From Adineta vaga (lineage: Eukaryota; Animalia; Rotifera): a stretch of DNA of 64,000 nt. A model generated the notes under the pieces. The model saw only the letters and a program-made list of their open reading frames with translations. It was not told the origin of the DNA and ran no database searches. The DNA lies in NCBI GenBank assembly GCA_021613535.1, contig CP075495.1:14198001-14262000 (forward strand). Direction: 5' to 3'. Positions 39,503 to 53,011 of the stretch are shown piece after piece. The first letter of the stretch is position 1. The number at the start of each line of letters is the position of its first letter. A program made the translations under genes and the position numbers.

Positions 39503-41950
39503 TTATTTAGCATTGGAACGTCTTCTTTCTAATAATCGACGACCAATAATAGTTGATGGCATACTAAAATCCTGATCAAATTCAAGATTAACTCGTCGAA
39601 TTTCTTCTTGTACGAGGGAAGGTACAGACGATAAAGATTGTTGTCGTTCATTTTCTCTGGAATAGATTTGTCGAGTTCCTAAACTATGAGCGTTAATTTC
39701 AAGTTGTGGTGAAAAATCATTTGCTCTCGCTGCTATTAATGGACGAAGTGGTGCACGCATATGAAGTCGTCGAAAGCGTTGACTAAGATCAGAATTATTT
39801 TGCATATTTACTGGACGAACTTGATATGGAGTTACTGATAAACCCATCTCAACTGAGAGTAATGATGAACCGGAAGTGATGGATGGAGGTATATGTTTTG
39901 TTGCTTGTCGATTAATAACAGGAGCAGAACTATTATTTTAAAAAACATTCATAAAAATTCGTTAGTTTTCTTTCAATGTTTATTACCGTTTAGATTCTCT
40001 TTGTTCAATCTCTCTTTCAGCATTCCAAACTAATTGACCATCGATTGGACATGTTGGATGACTGTGCAAAAGCCAACCATCTAGAAGAATAAAATCGTTT
40101 TGTAAGAATAAAAGAGAAGTGAAGAATCTCTTTGCAAAACTTACCAATACAATCAATATGAAATTTATGTCGACATGGTAAACGTCGTACACGTTCTCCG
40201 ATTTGATAAGATCTTAAACATAGACGACATTGTTCTCCATGTTGTAATAAACGACTACGTTCATGTACACGTTCAGTTGGCATCGATTTCACAACATTTT
40301 CTGGTATACCCATGATAGCTGCAGTTTGAGCACTTAAAAGTTTTCGAAAGAAAAGTATTATAAAAGACTTTTTCTTTAGTTCTTATTTACTTTTCAAGCT
40401 GAAGAAGAATATCATAATCATTTTCTGTTATATCTCGAGTTGCTAACATTTGATGTAATGCATTTGGTAATGCAGTTAAATGTTCTCGTGTTGCTAATTT
40501 CCATCGTTGAAATGATTTCTATAAGGAATATAATCTTTGAAAATAAGAATGTCTCTCAAAATCAATCATTCTTCTACTTCTCGATAATCGAACTGATGTT
40601 CATTATGAATATTTGAATTAAAACATGTTTGACAAAGATAAAAATCTGTACAAGTCGTGCATTTATAGCATTTGCCTGTAATTGGACACGCACGACAACG
40701 ATGACATGAATAACCCAAATGAATACATGATTTTTCTGCTTGTTGAGCACCGCTTGTTCTATGACAACAAGATTTATATTCTTGACAACAAACATTTGTT
40801 TTCATACCGAAATTCTTGTTTCAATTGTTCCGGAGTACCAAACGTTTCTCGGCACAATGGGCATTTCACTGTTTTCTCACCAGTCGATATTTGATGATCA
40901 AGCCAAACTTTCATACATTTAACATGAACATTATTTCCACAACCATGACTACGAAGACAAGACATGTATTTTATTAAAATTAGAGTTTAATATTCAACCG
41001 GCAATAAGTAATTGGTAATTTCTTCGTTAGAAATTCTTCTTGACATATTGGACAGACATCATTTTCACCTACAGGTCGTTGTTCAACTTCACCATCGCCA
41101 TCATTTTCCTGTGAACCAGACTATAATAACAAAAAAAGCCCGTAGACTCTTGCTGTAAACTGAACATTTTCTCCGCTGAATTAGATGCTAATGAGCTATT
41201 AAAATAAAAGAATCTTTTACGTCTTTTAAAAACTAGATGTGAGTTTGGTTATTAACTAGAAAAATGAGTTATCATGATTCTACTATATCTCATTTACATA
41301 ACCGGAAAAAACTGTCTAATAGGCCGGAAAATAAATAATAATACTTGAAAAATAACGTCACTGAGTCCGATGAAAGATATATTTGGGAGAAACACAAGTT
41401 TCAATCTTTCCATAGACTAATCAATTCTTCAAAAGAAAGAAAATCATTAACATAAGTTTACTTTAGGTTTTTGATTATGATGTGTTTTGTTTTGTTCATC
41501 CGTATTATCTCGAACTAATCCACGTAGAAGTTCATTAATTTCTCGTTCGACAAGACCTTTTTGCCATAGAACTAAAGATATTTATATACGATCATAAAAT
41601 ATCTAGTTACAAGATCTCAACAATTTTTACTTGGATTCGTTGTTGGTACACGAAATCGTTTTAATAAAAGCCAACATAGATGTTTACATACTTCTCGATC
41701 TCGCTGAAATGCATTACAACTACATTGATGTTGATCACCTAAGAATACCTAATCAAGAATAGATAATTCTTAGTAGAACTTAAGTTGAATTAATTCGAAC
41801 TACTTTAAACATTCGTTCACCATCTTCTTTAATAACAAAAGCTGTTGGACCTGTTTGTCTGACAATAAAAAATGTGGAATTCAATGCTTCATCTTGAGCC
41901 TGTAGACACTTTTCTGAACATTCAAGACGATAAGGCTGACTACGAGCCAT
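39503..41950 (-). CDS. ZSWIM2: E3 ubiquitin ligase ZSWIM2/MEX-like (SWIM, RING, ZZ, RING)
   Basis: MARSQPYR...GPTAFVIKED...FKVFLGDQHQCSC...CKHLCWLLLKRF (SWIM); CPICQEE...GCGNNVHVKCMKVW...CPLCR; ZZ CHRCRACPITGKCYKCTTCTDFYLCQTCF; second RING CRLC...LPCRHKFHIDC...CPID. Confidence 0.9.
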
Positions 41951-43709
41951 GATGGATAGGACAAAAAATTTTCTTTTATCAAACTCAATAACTTTTTTTT
42001 CAAAGTCGCCATTTTACTCTATCATTTATTTTGTTGTTTCGCAAAACCTCTGTCTTTGTTTCATATGTTCATTCATAAATAAAATGATCGTCTTATATTT
42101 CAATGGTTCTCTTCAATCTCCAATCGTCAATAATGATGATGACTCATCACGATCACAAGAGTTCTTTCTCGATGATGCGTGGATAAGAGAAAACAATCGA
42201 GAACAGACTTAGTTTAGTTGAGTTGATCATTGGGAAAGTTTTCCAGCACTCGCGACACATACCATAATAGACAATAATCTTTTTTTTTCGTCGAAAATCT
42301 TAATCGAGAGTGATTAACATCAATTTCGTGGTCATCATTCTAATTCATTTAAATTATGAATGTAATAAACGAAGAAGAATAGATGACTTTACTTGTCGTT
42401 TGCAATGATTGTTAATCCCTATAGTAAAGACAAAGCTGGATAGAAATACGTGGCTACTTTTCTACATTGAAGATTTCTTTTTCTTTCTGCGTTTTTTACT
42501 ACCATATCTGACGTGTTAATTCAATGAATTTTTCTATCTTCTTCAGAGTTGTCGGCGCGTTCGTCATATCTTTAGACAGATAAATCAATCAACTAGGTTT
42601 AGGACTCCTCTTCTTTCTTTTTTTTCTTTTTTCGTTGAGTCAAGTTGTTGTTTTCTATTTTGTTCTTGTCATAGACAGCTATTAAGAAAGAGAAAATGTC
42701 AAGGAAATACTCATCCTTATCAAAAATGATTTTGCTAGCTTGATTTTGTTCATCTGTGATTTTCTCAAGATTGTTTCTTTTCTTCTTCTTCTTCTTCCTC
42801 GAGAGAACATGACATGTTAACTAATTGAAAAAGCTAAAACTATTGTTTTTTCTTTGTCAATTACGTTCATGAATGAGTGCATACATATCATCTGCATACA
42901 TCTTGCGTTTTTTTATTCTCTTTTCATAATGATATTTTTTCTCCTTCGCTTATTGCTCATTTTTTTCACTAAACAATGTTCTTCTCGTCAATAGTAGGAG
43001 AAAATAAAGAATATAGAAAAAAAAGAGTGCTTCGAAGAACAGCGATTCTCGTCGTCGGTCTTTCGAATGTGTTCTCATTATCATTATTGTATTATTTTTT
43101 TTCTTCTTTACTCACGCGTTTTTTTTCTTTCGCTTTCATCTCTCTTTTTTTTCCTCGGTCTTTCTCTTCTTCATCTAGCCCTTGTTGTCGCCATCCATCA
43201 TCGCCTTTCTCTTTCTTTTTCATGTTCTCTTTACGCCTTGCGTATACATGTGCATACGTCATTTCTAGAGAATACTAACGTTGTCGTTTTTACTGTCTCT
43301 CTCTCTCCTTGTTTGGCGTCTGTTTTTCTCGTTTACTTGTTCACTAACATCTATGAGAAAAATAAGTTACATCAGAACAGGTAAAGTCGAAATAAAATGC
43401 CTTGTAATATTGATTTATTCATATTATAGTAGATTGCTTGTTTACTTCTTTGTTCTATACAAATAATTATAGTACTATTGCATTACAGTTCGTTTACAAA
43501 ACGTTCCAAGAGAAAGACGAAGAAGAAGAAGAAGGAACAGTAATGTAAAAAGCTTTTTCCTTCTTCTTCTTCTTTTGTTTTCATTCATCAATCGTTTAGA
43601 ATAGAGCTATCCAACGATCGACTCGATAATTTCTACCTGACATTTCTTTTTTTTCATCTTATTATAAAAATGATGTTCTTTTTTGTGTTTTTATAGAGCA
43701 ATAATTTAA

Positions 43710-44246
43710 ATGGCATCCTCTTCCTCTTCTTCTAATGCAACACCTAAATTAATAATACCTGAAGATAAATCAACTAGTGATACTCAATCATCTCCTACTG
43801 ATTCAACATCTGGAACTGCTTCTATTCCTCCGACGAGTAGAACAGCAACAAAAAAATTAACTAAAATCCTCTCACAACAGTCAAGTTTCGATCGTCATCA
43901 TCCTTCACATCCAGTTGCTAAACGTTTCTCTATTGATGCTGATCCTTCATCAATTATTTTAAATACTCCCGTTACGGATCTTTCCAATGATCCATTACAA
44001 CAACCGTCGACACCAGATAATGATGAACCATTATCAAATCATACTTTTGCGTCAAATGCTATTGGAAAGGAATCATCGCCTGCTCGATCACCATCATTAA
44101 AACAGAGTGATAGTTTTCTAGAAATACCCTATGAAAAAGCCGAAATAGTCGATTTAATTAAACTTGCTGATGATCCAAATGCAGCAGCACATGTTACACA
44201 CGATGGACATGAAGTATTACTCGAACATGGAGCTGTTCCCCAGTGA
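43710..44246 (+). CDS. Uncharacterised S/T/P-rich disordered protein (178 aa), probably with a 5'UTR intron
   Basis: Coding-like composition; tatag acceptor just upstream of ATG; no recognisable domain. Confidence 0.6.
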   Translation: MASSSSSSNATPKLIIPEDKSTSDTQSSPTDSTSGTASIPPTSRTATKKLTKILSQQSSFDRHHPSHPVAKRFSIDADPSSIILNTPVTDLSNDPLQQPSTPDNDEPLSNHTFASNAIGKESSPARSPSLKQSDSFLEIPYEKAEIVDLIKLADDPNAAAHVTHDGHEVLLEHGAVPQ

Positions 44247-44335
44247 GCCGTGCAAATATTACTATTTTTCTCTCTCTCTCTCTCATGATGCATGTTGTGT
44301 ATTCGTTCGTTCTCGCTCTTTATATATATATATTA

Positions 44336-44360
44336 TGTGTGTGTGTGTGTGTGTGTGTGT
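44336..44360. repeat. (TG)n microsatellite
   Basis: About 12 TG units seen directly. Confidence 0.9.
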
Positions 44361-46690
44361 ATGCAAAATAAAGAATGTTGTTGTCTTATTATAATATACG
44401 TCATACAATTAGTATTGAATTACCTCTCATATCGTTTTGAATACAAAAATAGGAGACAAAAGATCGATCTTTTCGTTGCTTTTTTTTAAACGAAAAAATC
44501 ACATGCTTTTATTTTATATTATAACCTTGATTAAAAAATAATCAAACATGATTATTCATATCGAAGAAAGAAATGTCAAGATCGACACTAATAATCCTCT
44601 CGCTTTCTCTCTCTCCTTCTTTTTTTTCCAGTTTTTATTCGTTTTAATGATAATATTAAATTACAGTAGGAAAAAAAACGTTGTTAATGCTTTCAGTTCC
44701 GATCAAGTCTTAGCGGACGGTTCGTTTCTATTTTTTTTACTGATGATAGCCTCTGGGATAGCTTATGTCATATTTGTTCGTAAACTGAAATAATCAACTG
44801 TTAATTAGCAAATCATGAATAAATCCGAAAACAAACATAAATTTATCAAACAAATTGATAAGTAAGAACATAATTAAGTTTGAAATTCTAAGAGAAAAAG
44901 AAGAAGAGAAAGATTCATTAAATATTGATAACTATGGTTTATTGAATGAATTTTTCTTTTTCTTAGAAAAAAAAGGACGTTATTCTATTCGTTTCATAAG
45001 AAATCTTACGGATTAAAAGAGAAATGGTTCGATTCTCTTCTCATCAATCTCAATTGAAGCAAAAAATATTCACCCTAAGAATAACTCTTTTCCTATTACT
45101 TTTTCATTCATCTCCTATGAATTCAAGCAATATTTACCACATTCTTATCCTACACTCGAGTAAATAGAGAAATTCCATTGTGTAATGCTTGCTCTACAAG
45201 GAACAAAGGTAAGCAATTCTAAAGATGTAATAATCATAAATAACTAATTACTTCTTATTTTTCTTGAATATTATTAGATTTTACAAAAGGATCATATTTG
45301 TATATCATGGTTTGCATTAGTTATGAAACATACTCTAGAAAATCAATCATTTGCAGTAATAACATAAGTTTTGATGAAAAAGCTTCTTATTTATCTTATG
45401 AAAACTAAGAAATACAGCGGAAGGATAAGTATTATTCATCAAGTATATTTCTTCGTTTTGTATATACTTGCTTGAATAGTTTGTTACAGAATAAATCCAT
45501 GATTTACTCTTAGATAGATGAATAAGTGTTGGTATTGTAATTGTTAGATAGTGAAACGTAAAACGATGTATTCAATTAGTAATTTACTTTTCTTTGATCG
45601 GAAAATTCTGAATAATAAAATGAGTATGAGTAAAATTTTCCGATTCTATTCATATTATTCTTTTTCCAGCTAACATTGATTCACTGCGCACAGCATAAAA
45701 AATATTACAGGTACAATATTGTATGATAAAGAAAAATCGAGGTTATTGGATCCCAAGATACGTTATCCTATCTAATTTAAGTATTCTCAAAGAGAATCTT
45801 TCATCTATACTATTATGGTTTCAAAAGTACCTGGGAAAGATACAAAATATCTTTTATTATATATATTCAAAAACATTTAGCGAGTTAATAAAGATGTGAA
45901 ATTTGCGCAAAGATGAAAGTAACTTATAAAAATAGTTCAACCATGCTTAATTTAGCGTGGATGTCAATAGAGAATAATTGAATTGTTAACTTGTTTTTAT
46001 TCATCATTAACAAAAAATTCAATGATAAACATATTTAATCAGAACAAAAAGAACAAAAAGAAACTTAATGATGTGATTTCGATAAGACAACAATGTAACA
46101 TCGAAAACAATTACCATTATGGTAGTAAGCCTAGAGATTATGACACATTTAACTATTGTATTGTTTGTCATGGTCTATGATGAAAAGAACAAAATACGTT
46201 AACATTCATTCAATGACGTAAAAATATATCATTAAAATTGAAACGAACATTTCTGACGTTAGAAAAGAATTAATATAAAACTCATTTCTATCTTATACAT
46301 AACACAGTTAATTATTCGTTTATATAATAAAATATTTTTTTCTTAAATATCTGAAACCATTTTCTAACTGAAATATTATATTAGAAGCGGAAAAAAACAA
46401 TAATTCATGGTCGCTTGAAGTGACCATGAATCATGTTAACCTTACGATTCTCATCACTAGGTTTTGCCTTAAATGAACTACGGTACTTAATTGTATACAA
46501 ATACCAAACAAAATAAGATCAAGTTCAAAGATATTCTAAGAAATATATTTCCTATCATAGAAAAAAAAACAAAGAAATTTTTCTGACATTTTTATTACTT
46601 TGAAAGAATAAAAGTCAATTTAAAATAATTTATTATTTGAAAATTCAAAGAAAAAATATACATAGAACGGAAAATAGTTCTTAGTTTTTT

Positions 46691-47446
46691 TTACACAAAT
46701 GCATGTCTATAAAGAGATTGATGTGCAGCAGATGATAATAATTCTTCTTCTTCTTGTAAAATTCTTGCTAATTGTTCATCACTAATTGTATCTGAATTTG
46801 TTGATGAATCTTCATAATAATTCTTATATATATATAAAAGAAAAACTTGACATAATAGATAACATTGAAAACACTAGATGCACCTTTACCTTTTTGTCAT
46901 GCGGACGATAATGAGTATGGGTTATAGGTCGATCTTTTGAACTTGATTGAATTTTTAATTCTTTTTGTAATTGTCGTGCTAATGCAGTATCGATTTCTTC
47001 ACTAAAATAATCGAAAATAGAAATCTTCTATTAAAGATTCAAAATACGAACACTTTTTGTTTTTGCTGATAAAAATCAAATTGTTTCGTAATATATGCAT
47101 TTTTTTCTTCTTCTTCAACATCACGAGCGGCTTTAACGCCTAAACGAGAATCACGTCGATGCGTACGATTTCGATCAAAATGTTCAGCGACTAGATAAAG
47201 AAATCAAATTGAATTAAAAATCAAAAAATTCAATATTTACATTCTTCTTGTTGTAATCGATGTGCCAAACCAGAATCAGCATGTAATAAAAAATTTTGAC
47301 AAACTAAGAAGATCGAAATGTTAGTTAGATTTCAAATGAAAATCTATTTGAGAAAATATTGTTTTACTTTGTTTGACACGGCCCGAGGACGTTAGTTGAT
47401 CATTAATTTTTGTCATTCTATCGTGTTCTTTATCTTGTTCTATCAT
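46691..47446 (-). CDS. CCDC50: CCDC50 (Ymer)-like ubiquitin-binding protein, about 5 small exons
   Basis: Absent from ORF track. Spliced GRVKQICQNFLLHADSGLAHRLQQEEFAEHFDRNR matches the CCDC50 N-domain; MIU-like motifs DTALARQLQKE and DEQLARILQEEE; stop TAA 46693-46691. Confidence 0.78.
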
Positions 47447-47896
47447 ATCAATTGATCGATTCTTCCAATAAAAGTAGGTATGTATACAACACACGACTAA
47501 TACTTACTGATGACGAGTAAAATAGAAGCGATTGAATACCTTCATTTTCTTTTCATCCCACACATACACATAATAAGGAGAAAGAGAATAACGACAAAGA
47601 AAAGTGGAGTATGCAAACGTGCTGACTAAACTGTAGGGAAGGAGAGAAAGAAGGAGCATGAGTTGGATACGACATATATGATAATAGTGTCACTAGCTCG
47701 TTTATTCATTGGTGTTAGAGTTTACTTTGGCAAGTATCGAATCACAATAGTAACTATTCTGTCTGGCCACGTAACCGGGCTTTTTCGTTTCTTTTTCTCT
47801 GTCATGAAATACATACACATACATAAAACAATGTACAATAAATAAAGAACGAAAGACATATGACAAAAGGAAAAAAAACCGAAATGTAACAAATTA

Positions 47897-48908
47897 TTAT
47901 TGCGTAGATGATGGAATAACTTGTGTTGTTATTGAGTTCGTACTTGTTATCATTGAATGTTGATGTAAATGTAAATTCATAGCTAATACGGATCGAACAT
48001 CATGACAAAATCGTAATGCATCAAGAAATGGAAGTAATGATAATAAAGAAGTATCTGATGGATCGGAAAACCATGATTTAACTAAGAAAACAAAAACCGA
48101 GATTTATATAGAAAACTAAGTAATTCATTTACTAGGAATGGCATTTAATGGACAACATCGATAAGCAATAGGACTATTATCCAAAATAAATACTCTTGAA
48201 AGATCACTATTAATAACAGATAAATTTTTTGTATATGCACCGTAATCTAATGTACAATGTTGTCGAAAATATCGACGTCCAAGTAGATTACGATTGTTAT
48301 CTAATTTATCTGTTACTGCTGCACCATAAATTTCCATTGATGCTGTAAATATAACAAGTTCATACCATTTACTCACCTAAATCAACAATATAAATGAAGA
48401 GAAAACGATAAATGTCTCCTACTGTTTCAAGGAAATAATCAACATGTGGTCGTTTATAAACAAAAAATCGAACAGGATGTTTCTCAATTTCTACTCGAAC
48501 AATAAAATCTGGTGGACCTGTCGGTTTAGATGTACCATATCGTGGTACACCATCATGATGAGAATGTACTAATGTTTCATCCAAATCTAATACTAAAATT
48601 TTCTTTGGAAGGAAATCTTAAAAAAGAAATCAGAAGAGAAATGTTTCTCAATTTCTAATATCGAATGAATTGTCCTACGTAATCGATGTGATGATATTGG
48701 CTGAAGAGGACAATCATAATATTTAACAGATTGAAATTGAATTAACTAAAAAAAGATTCGATGTATTATTATGTATAGGAGAATAAATATATATATTTTG
48801 TTTTTTTACTTTTTTTCTCGAACCACGTAATGCAACAAAGAGAAAAGTCCAAAAACCAAAAAGAAATCGTAAGATTTGTTTAATAAACGATATGAAACGA
48901 CGGAACAT
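47897..48908 (-). CDS. CTDNEP1: CTD nuclear envelope phosphatase 1 (Dullard)
   Basis: Amphipathic N-terminus, [19 protein letters not shown] motif, [43 protein letters not shown]...[10 protein letters not shown]. Confidence 0.93.
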
Positions 48909-49896
48909 ATTTGCATTGAATAAATAAATATAATTAAATACTAGGAAAAATAGGCGAAATTTTTTTATTGCATCGTTTTCACCGTTGTTACTAATGAAAA
49001 TATTCTTCTTATTGACTAATGATGATTGTCGTACACGAATTAATGTCGATGATGGCATGAAAAATGAAATTGATTCATAAAAAAAATAGAAATTTCTTAT
49101 TCAAAATAAACTCGTGGAAAGAAACACGGCATTTTTTTTCTTCTAATATTTTACAAGTGAAAGATAGATTATCTGAACCAATAAAATGAAAGGGAACTGA
49201 ATGGAGGTCGCCATACGACAATCAATGGCAAATTGAATACCAATGAAAAAGATTAACTCAAAACCGCATGAACAAAGCAAACAACAACATTTCTTTTCTT
49301 TTTTTTCCCTCAGAATTATTTTTGGGATTTTCATTTGTTTACATAAGGAAGAAAGTTATTAAGATCATATTAATCTCTTATACAGAACAAAACAAAATCA
49401 TATTTCTTCTGTATCGAAGGCAAAAACGTTTATTGTAAGGTAATCATTCATTGATTATTATATGACTTATTCAAGGATGACAAGGTCACTAGAAAACAAT
49501 GAACATCTGATGCATGTTCAACTTTTCTTCAACAAAAAAAGAAGGAAAGAAATTCATCAGATGTTTCGCATCGATTGAAAGATCAAATTCATATTGATCT
49601 TTTCACTATTATGTTATGTTAGTTATTATATTCATCGAAAATAGATTAATAATCAAAAAATGTCTGTACACACTTCATTCTGATATTCTTTTTCTCCAAA
49701 CCACCTACATTCTTCATTTATTCTTATCTTCTTCTCTATTCTGTTCTATTAGTATGATTGACAGACACCAAAATACCATTAACAGAAACATCGTTTACAG
49801 AAATATGTAGAAGAAGAAGAAAAGGGCGAGCGACTGAAAAAAATCTGCATGATGTAAGGTTTGGATAAATGATCTTATTGATGTTAATTTTAGATA

Positions 49897-50597
49897 ATGC
49901 CAAATACTTCGAATTTACCATTGACATCGAATCAAATCGGTGGAAATTTAATGAATAAAACAATCAAATGTGTTTGTGTAGGAGATGGTTGTGTTGGTAA
50001 AACATCAATGCTTATATCTTATACAACAAATACATTTCCACAATCTTATGTTCCGACTGTTTTTGATAATTATTCTGTAACTGTGATGATCAGTGGTGAA
50101 CCTTATACATTAGCACTTTTTGATACAGCTGGTCAAAGTGGTAAGATATATCTATTTCCAATTGACATATCATAATATTGTGTTTTTTTTGTTCTTTAGG
50201 TTTCGAATTAATGCGAACATTTTCGTATACAAATACAGATGTATTTCTTGTTTGCTTCAGTGTTATGTCTCCAACATCATTTAATAATGCATTAAAAATG
50301 TGGATTGATGAAATTCGTCAATCATCAACATCACGTACAGCTCCATTTGTTCTTGTTGGAACGAAAACAGATCTTCGATCAAGTACTCCTGATGTTGAAT
50401 TATTAGCTAAATCAAAACAAAAACCTATTACACGTGAACAAGGTGAACGAACAGCAAAAGAATATGGTGCCTATGCGTATATTGAATGTTCAGCATTAAC
50501 TCAAGAAAATCTTAAAGAAACATTTGATACAGCTATACTAGCTGCACTTACTCCACCAGCTTCGAAACATCGAGGAATATTTTGCTGTTGTTCATAA
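49897..50597 (+). CDS. Cdc42/Rac/RhoQ-group small GTPase with divergent switch II; exons 49897-50140 and 50200-50597
   Basis: GDGCVGKT, effector loop [23 protein letters not shown]-terminal CCCS. Confidence 0.9.
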
Positions 50598-51158
50598 AAA
50601 CAACATTCTTTTTCTTTCTTTTTCATAGAGAATTTCTATCTTTAACAGTGACGTGAACAAAGACAAAACAAATCTAAAGATATATATATATATGAATGTT
50701 TAATTATTCTTATCTATCTTCCTTCTCTCTCTCTCTCTGTCCCTCTCCTGGTCAGTATTCATTCAATTATTCGTCAGTTCGTTTGTGCGTGCGTATGTTT
50801 TTTTTAATTTGTGTATGAAATGCTCACTTTTTCTTTCTTTTTTCTTTCTTTTTTCTTTCTGTATATTCGATTTGACATTTTTTTGTCGGTTGGTGTTGTT
50901 ATTGATGTTGTTTTTTTTGATACATTCTCATTCAATATATCTATCTCTTCTACACATATATATCAATCGATTTGCATAGAAATTATTGAGTCGTACAAGG
51001 GTTAGAGACATTCATGGCCAAAAGATATGACTTTCTGCTTGAATAAACATAGCGAAAAAAAAATACATGTTTAAAGGTGAAGGCAAGGAAGTAAACGTTA
51101 CAGATATTTATTTTTTCTCTCTCTTCATTATATCGTCTTCATCTATTGACAATCTAAG

Positions 51159-51656
51159 ATGGGTAACAGTCAAACGACAACAAGTTGGAGTGTAGATGAT
51201 TGGGCATATGGAACCGGTGCTAATGCTGTACCTGTCGATGAAGTTGTTGAGGAAGTAGGCAAAATGCCTGCACGATATTTCGGTGGAAAAACGATTGGAA
51301 ATGATCCATCGATGAATCAAATGCAACAAGATCTTTTATCATTTGATGATACATTGAAAAAACTCTTTCGAAGAAAAAAAAATAAACGTTCAAAACATGA
51401 AGAACCAGAAGAAGAATATTATTATGAAGATGGACAAGCGATGTCCCAAGAAGATGCAACTGAATCAGGATATATTTCACCTACATCTCTTGATAGAAAT
51501 ACTGCTTCATCAGTACCAAATCAGACAACTGATTCGTCCTTAGATGCACCGACAAATCGAACGAAACTCATTTGGCGATGTGGCCAATGTGCAGCAGACA
51601 ATAAAGTCACTGAAAGTTCATGTCGACGATGTGGACAAGCGGAAACAAAATTTTAA
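51159..51656 (+). CDS. Single-exon protein with N-myristoylation-like start and C-terminal RanBP2-type zinc finger
   Basis: MGNSQT start; basic KKLFRRKKNKRSK; W-x-C-x2-C-x3-N-x6-C-x2-C (WRCGQCAADNKVTESSCRRC). Confidence 0.75.
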   Translation: MGNSQTTTSWSVDDWAYGTGANAVPVDEVVEEVGKMPARYFGGKTIGNDPSMNQMQQDLLSFDDTLKKLFRRKKNKRSKHEEPEEEYYYEDGQAMSQEDATESGYISPTSLDRNTASSVPNQTTDSSLDAPTNRTKLIWRCGQCAADNKVTESSCRRCGQAETKF

Positions 51657-53011
51657 CATTTGTATTTATATATTTTTTTCTTTCGATCTATACAATCATT
51701 ATGTAATATCATAAAATGAAAAATATATCATTGTTTATATTCTTTGAATGACCTTTTACAATATCTTGTTCTAGACCACTCTCTTTCATACATACATTAG
51801 TAACTGCATCATTTCGATGTTTTGAATATCAAAATTTTAATTATGTATGCTTGTCACTGATATAATAAATTGAAAAATGTGACTCATTGTTTCACTACTC
51901 AAACAATATGATGAAATATATATATTTTTTTTCTTCTTTCAAGTCATAGAAAGAATAATCATCTCTAGTAATCAATATGAGAGAAAAAAAAACAACAAAT
52001 TTGTATGTCGTTGATATTTGACGTTATGAACTATCATCTTGATCAGATTGTGTAACTGATTCTTGAAAAAAAAATCGATGTGTGTTTTTTTACGTAGTTT
52101 TTAATTTGATAATTAAAAATTTATCAATTCTATTTCGTCGTATTTAAATGAGATGTATGATAGATTATATCGAATATGAAGATGATCGATGATCTTCTAG
52201 TCAATATTTTTTATCTTGTAGAGCTTATGACATTCCATGTCAAATAGTAGAAATACATTTGTACCGATCACTGTTATCTAGTAATCTCTTTTATCCTTGG
52301 TTATATGTCATAATAACTATCTTTTCTCTCTATCAAATGATTAGATAGTCGAGTTTTAATTATCAAGAAAGCTCTCTCCCTCGAAAAGACATAGATAATG
52401 ATGTCTCATGCATGGATATTTACAACAAGAACATAACCTACGACTACTATGTCTACGTTAACGTAAAGATATTGATCATCACAAACACTTTTTCACCTTC
52501 ATATCTGCACCTTCGCAAATAGTCCATATATAAACTATTTAAATAAAACATCACTATTTGAATCAACTTGTTTTTTCTTAACACATAGTTTACATTAAAA
52601 CAAGTTTCTATTACCAGAATTCATAATGGGTGCAGCCAATGATCGATTATATGACATCGAAAAATGTAAGTTTTCTATTCCCGATAATAAAGAGAATTCT
52701 TCCACATATATGTAAGTTAAAGCGTAAATGTACACCATCTTTCGTTTCATTCTTTCCAGAGAATAATCCAATCCATTCTTTCTTCATTACAATCAATATG
52801 TAATGATGAAAGTAATAAAAAAAAACAATCAGTTATTTACAGTTACTTCTCTTTGTAATTAACAAGAATTTATTCTACAAAAAGAAAGAGACACTTCATT
52901 CCTCATAGATAGACATTCTTATCTCCAAGTAAAAGAAGATAATCATGCGATAGAAAGAAAACACTTTTTCAATATTCTTATTATTATCCTATGTACATAG
53001 TTTATCCGAGA

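Noticed and set aside
41949-43466. Phe/Leu/Ser-rich ORFs (also 44164-44793, 50785-51005, 57211-57507, 60824-63204)
   Set aside because: Translations of T-rich or microsatellite non-coding DNA; no domains.
46403-46460. Palindrome plus downstream CTAG as a Helitron 3' end
   Set aside because: Spacing (~25 nt) and the flanking base do not fit; no 5' end or Rep/helicase remnant.
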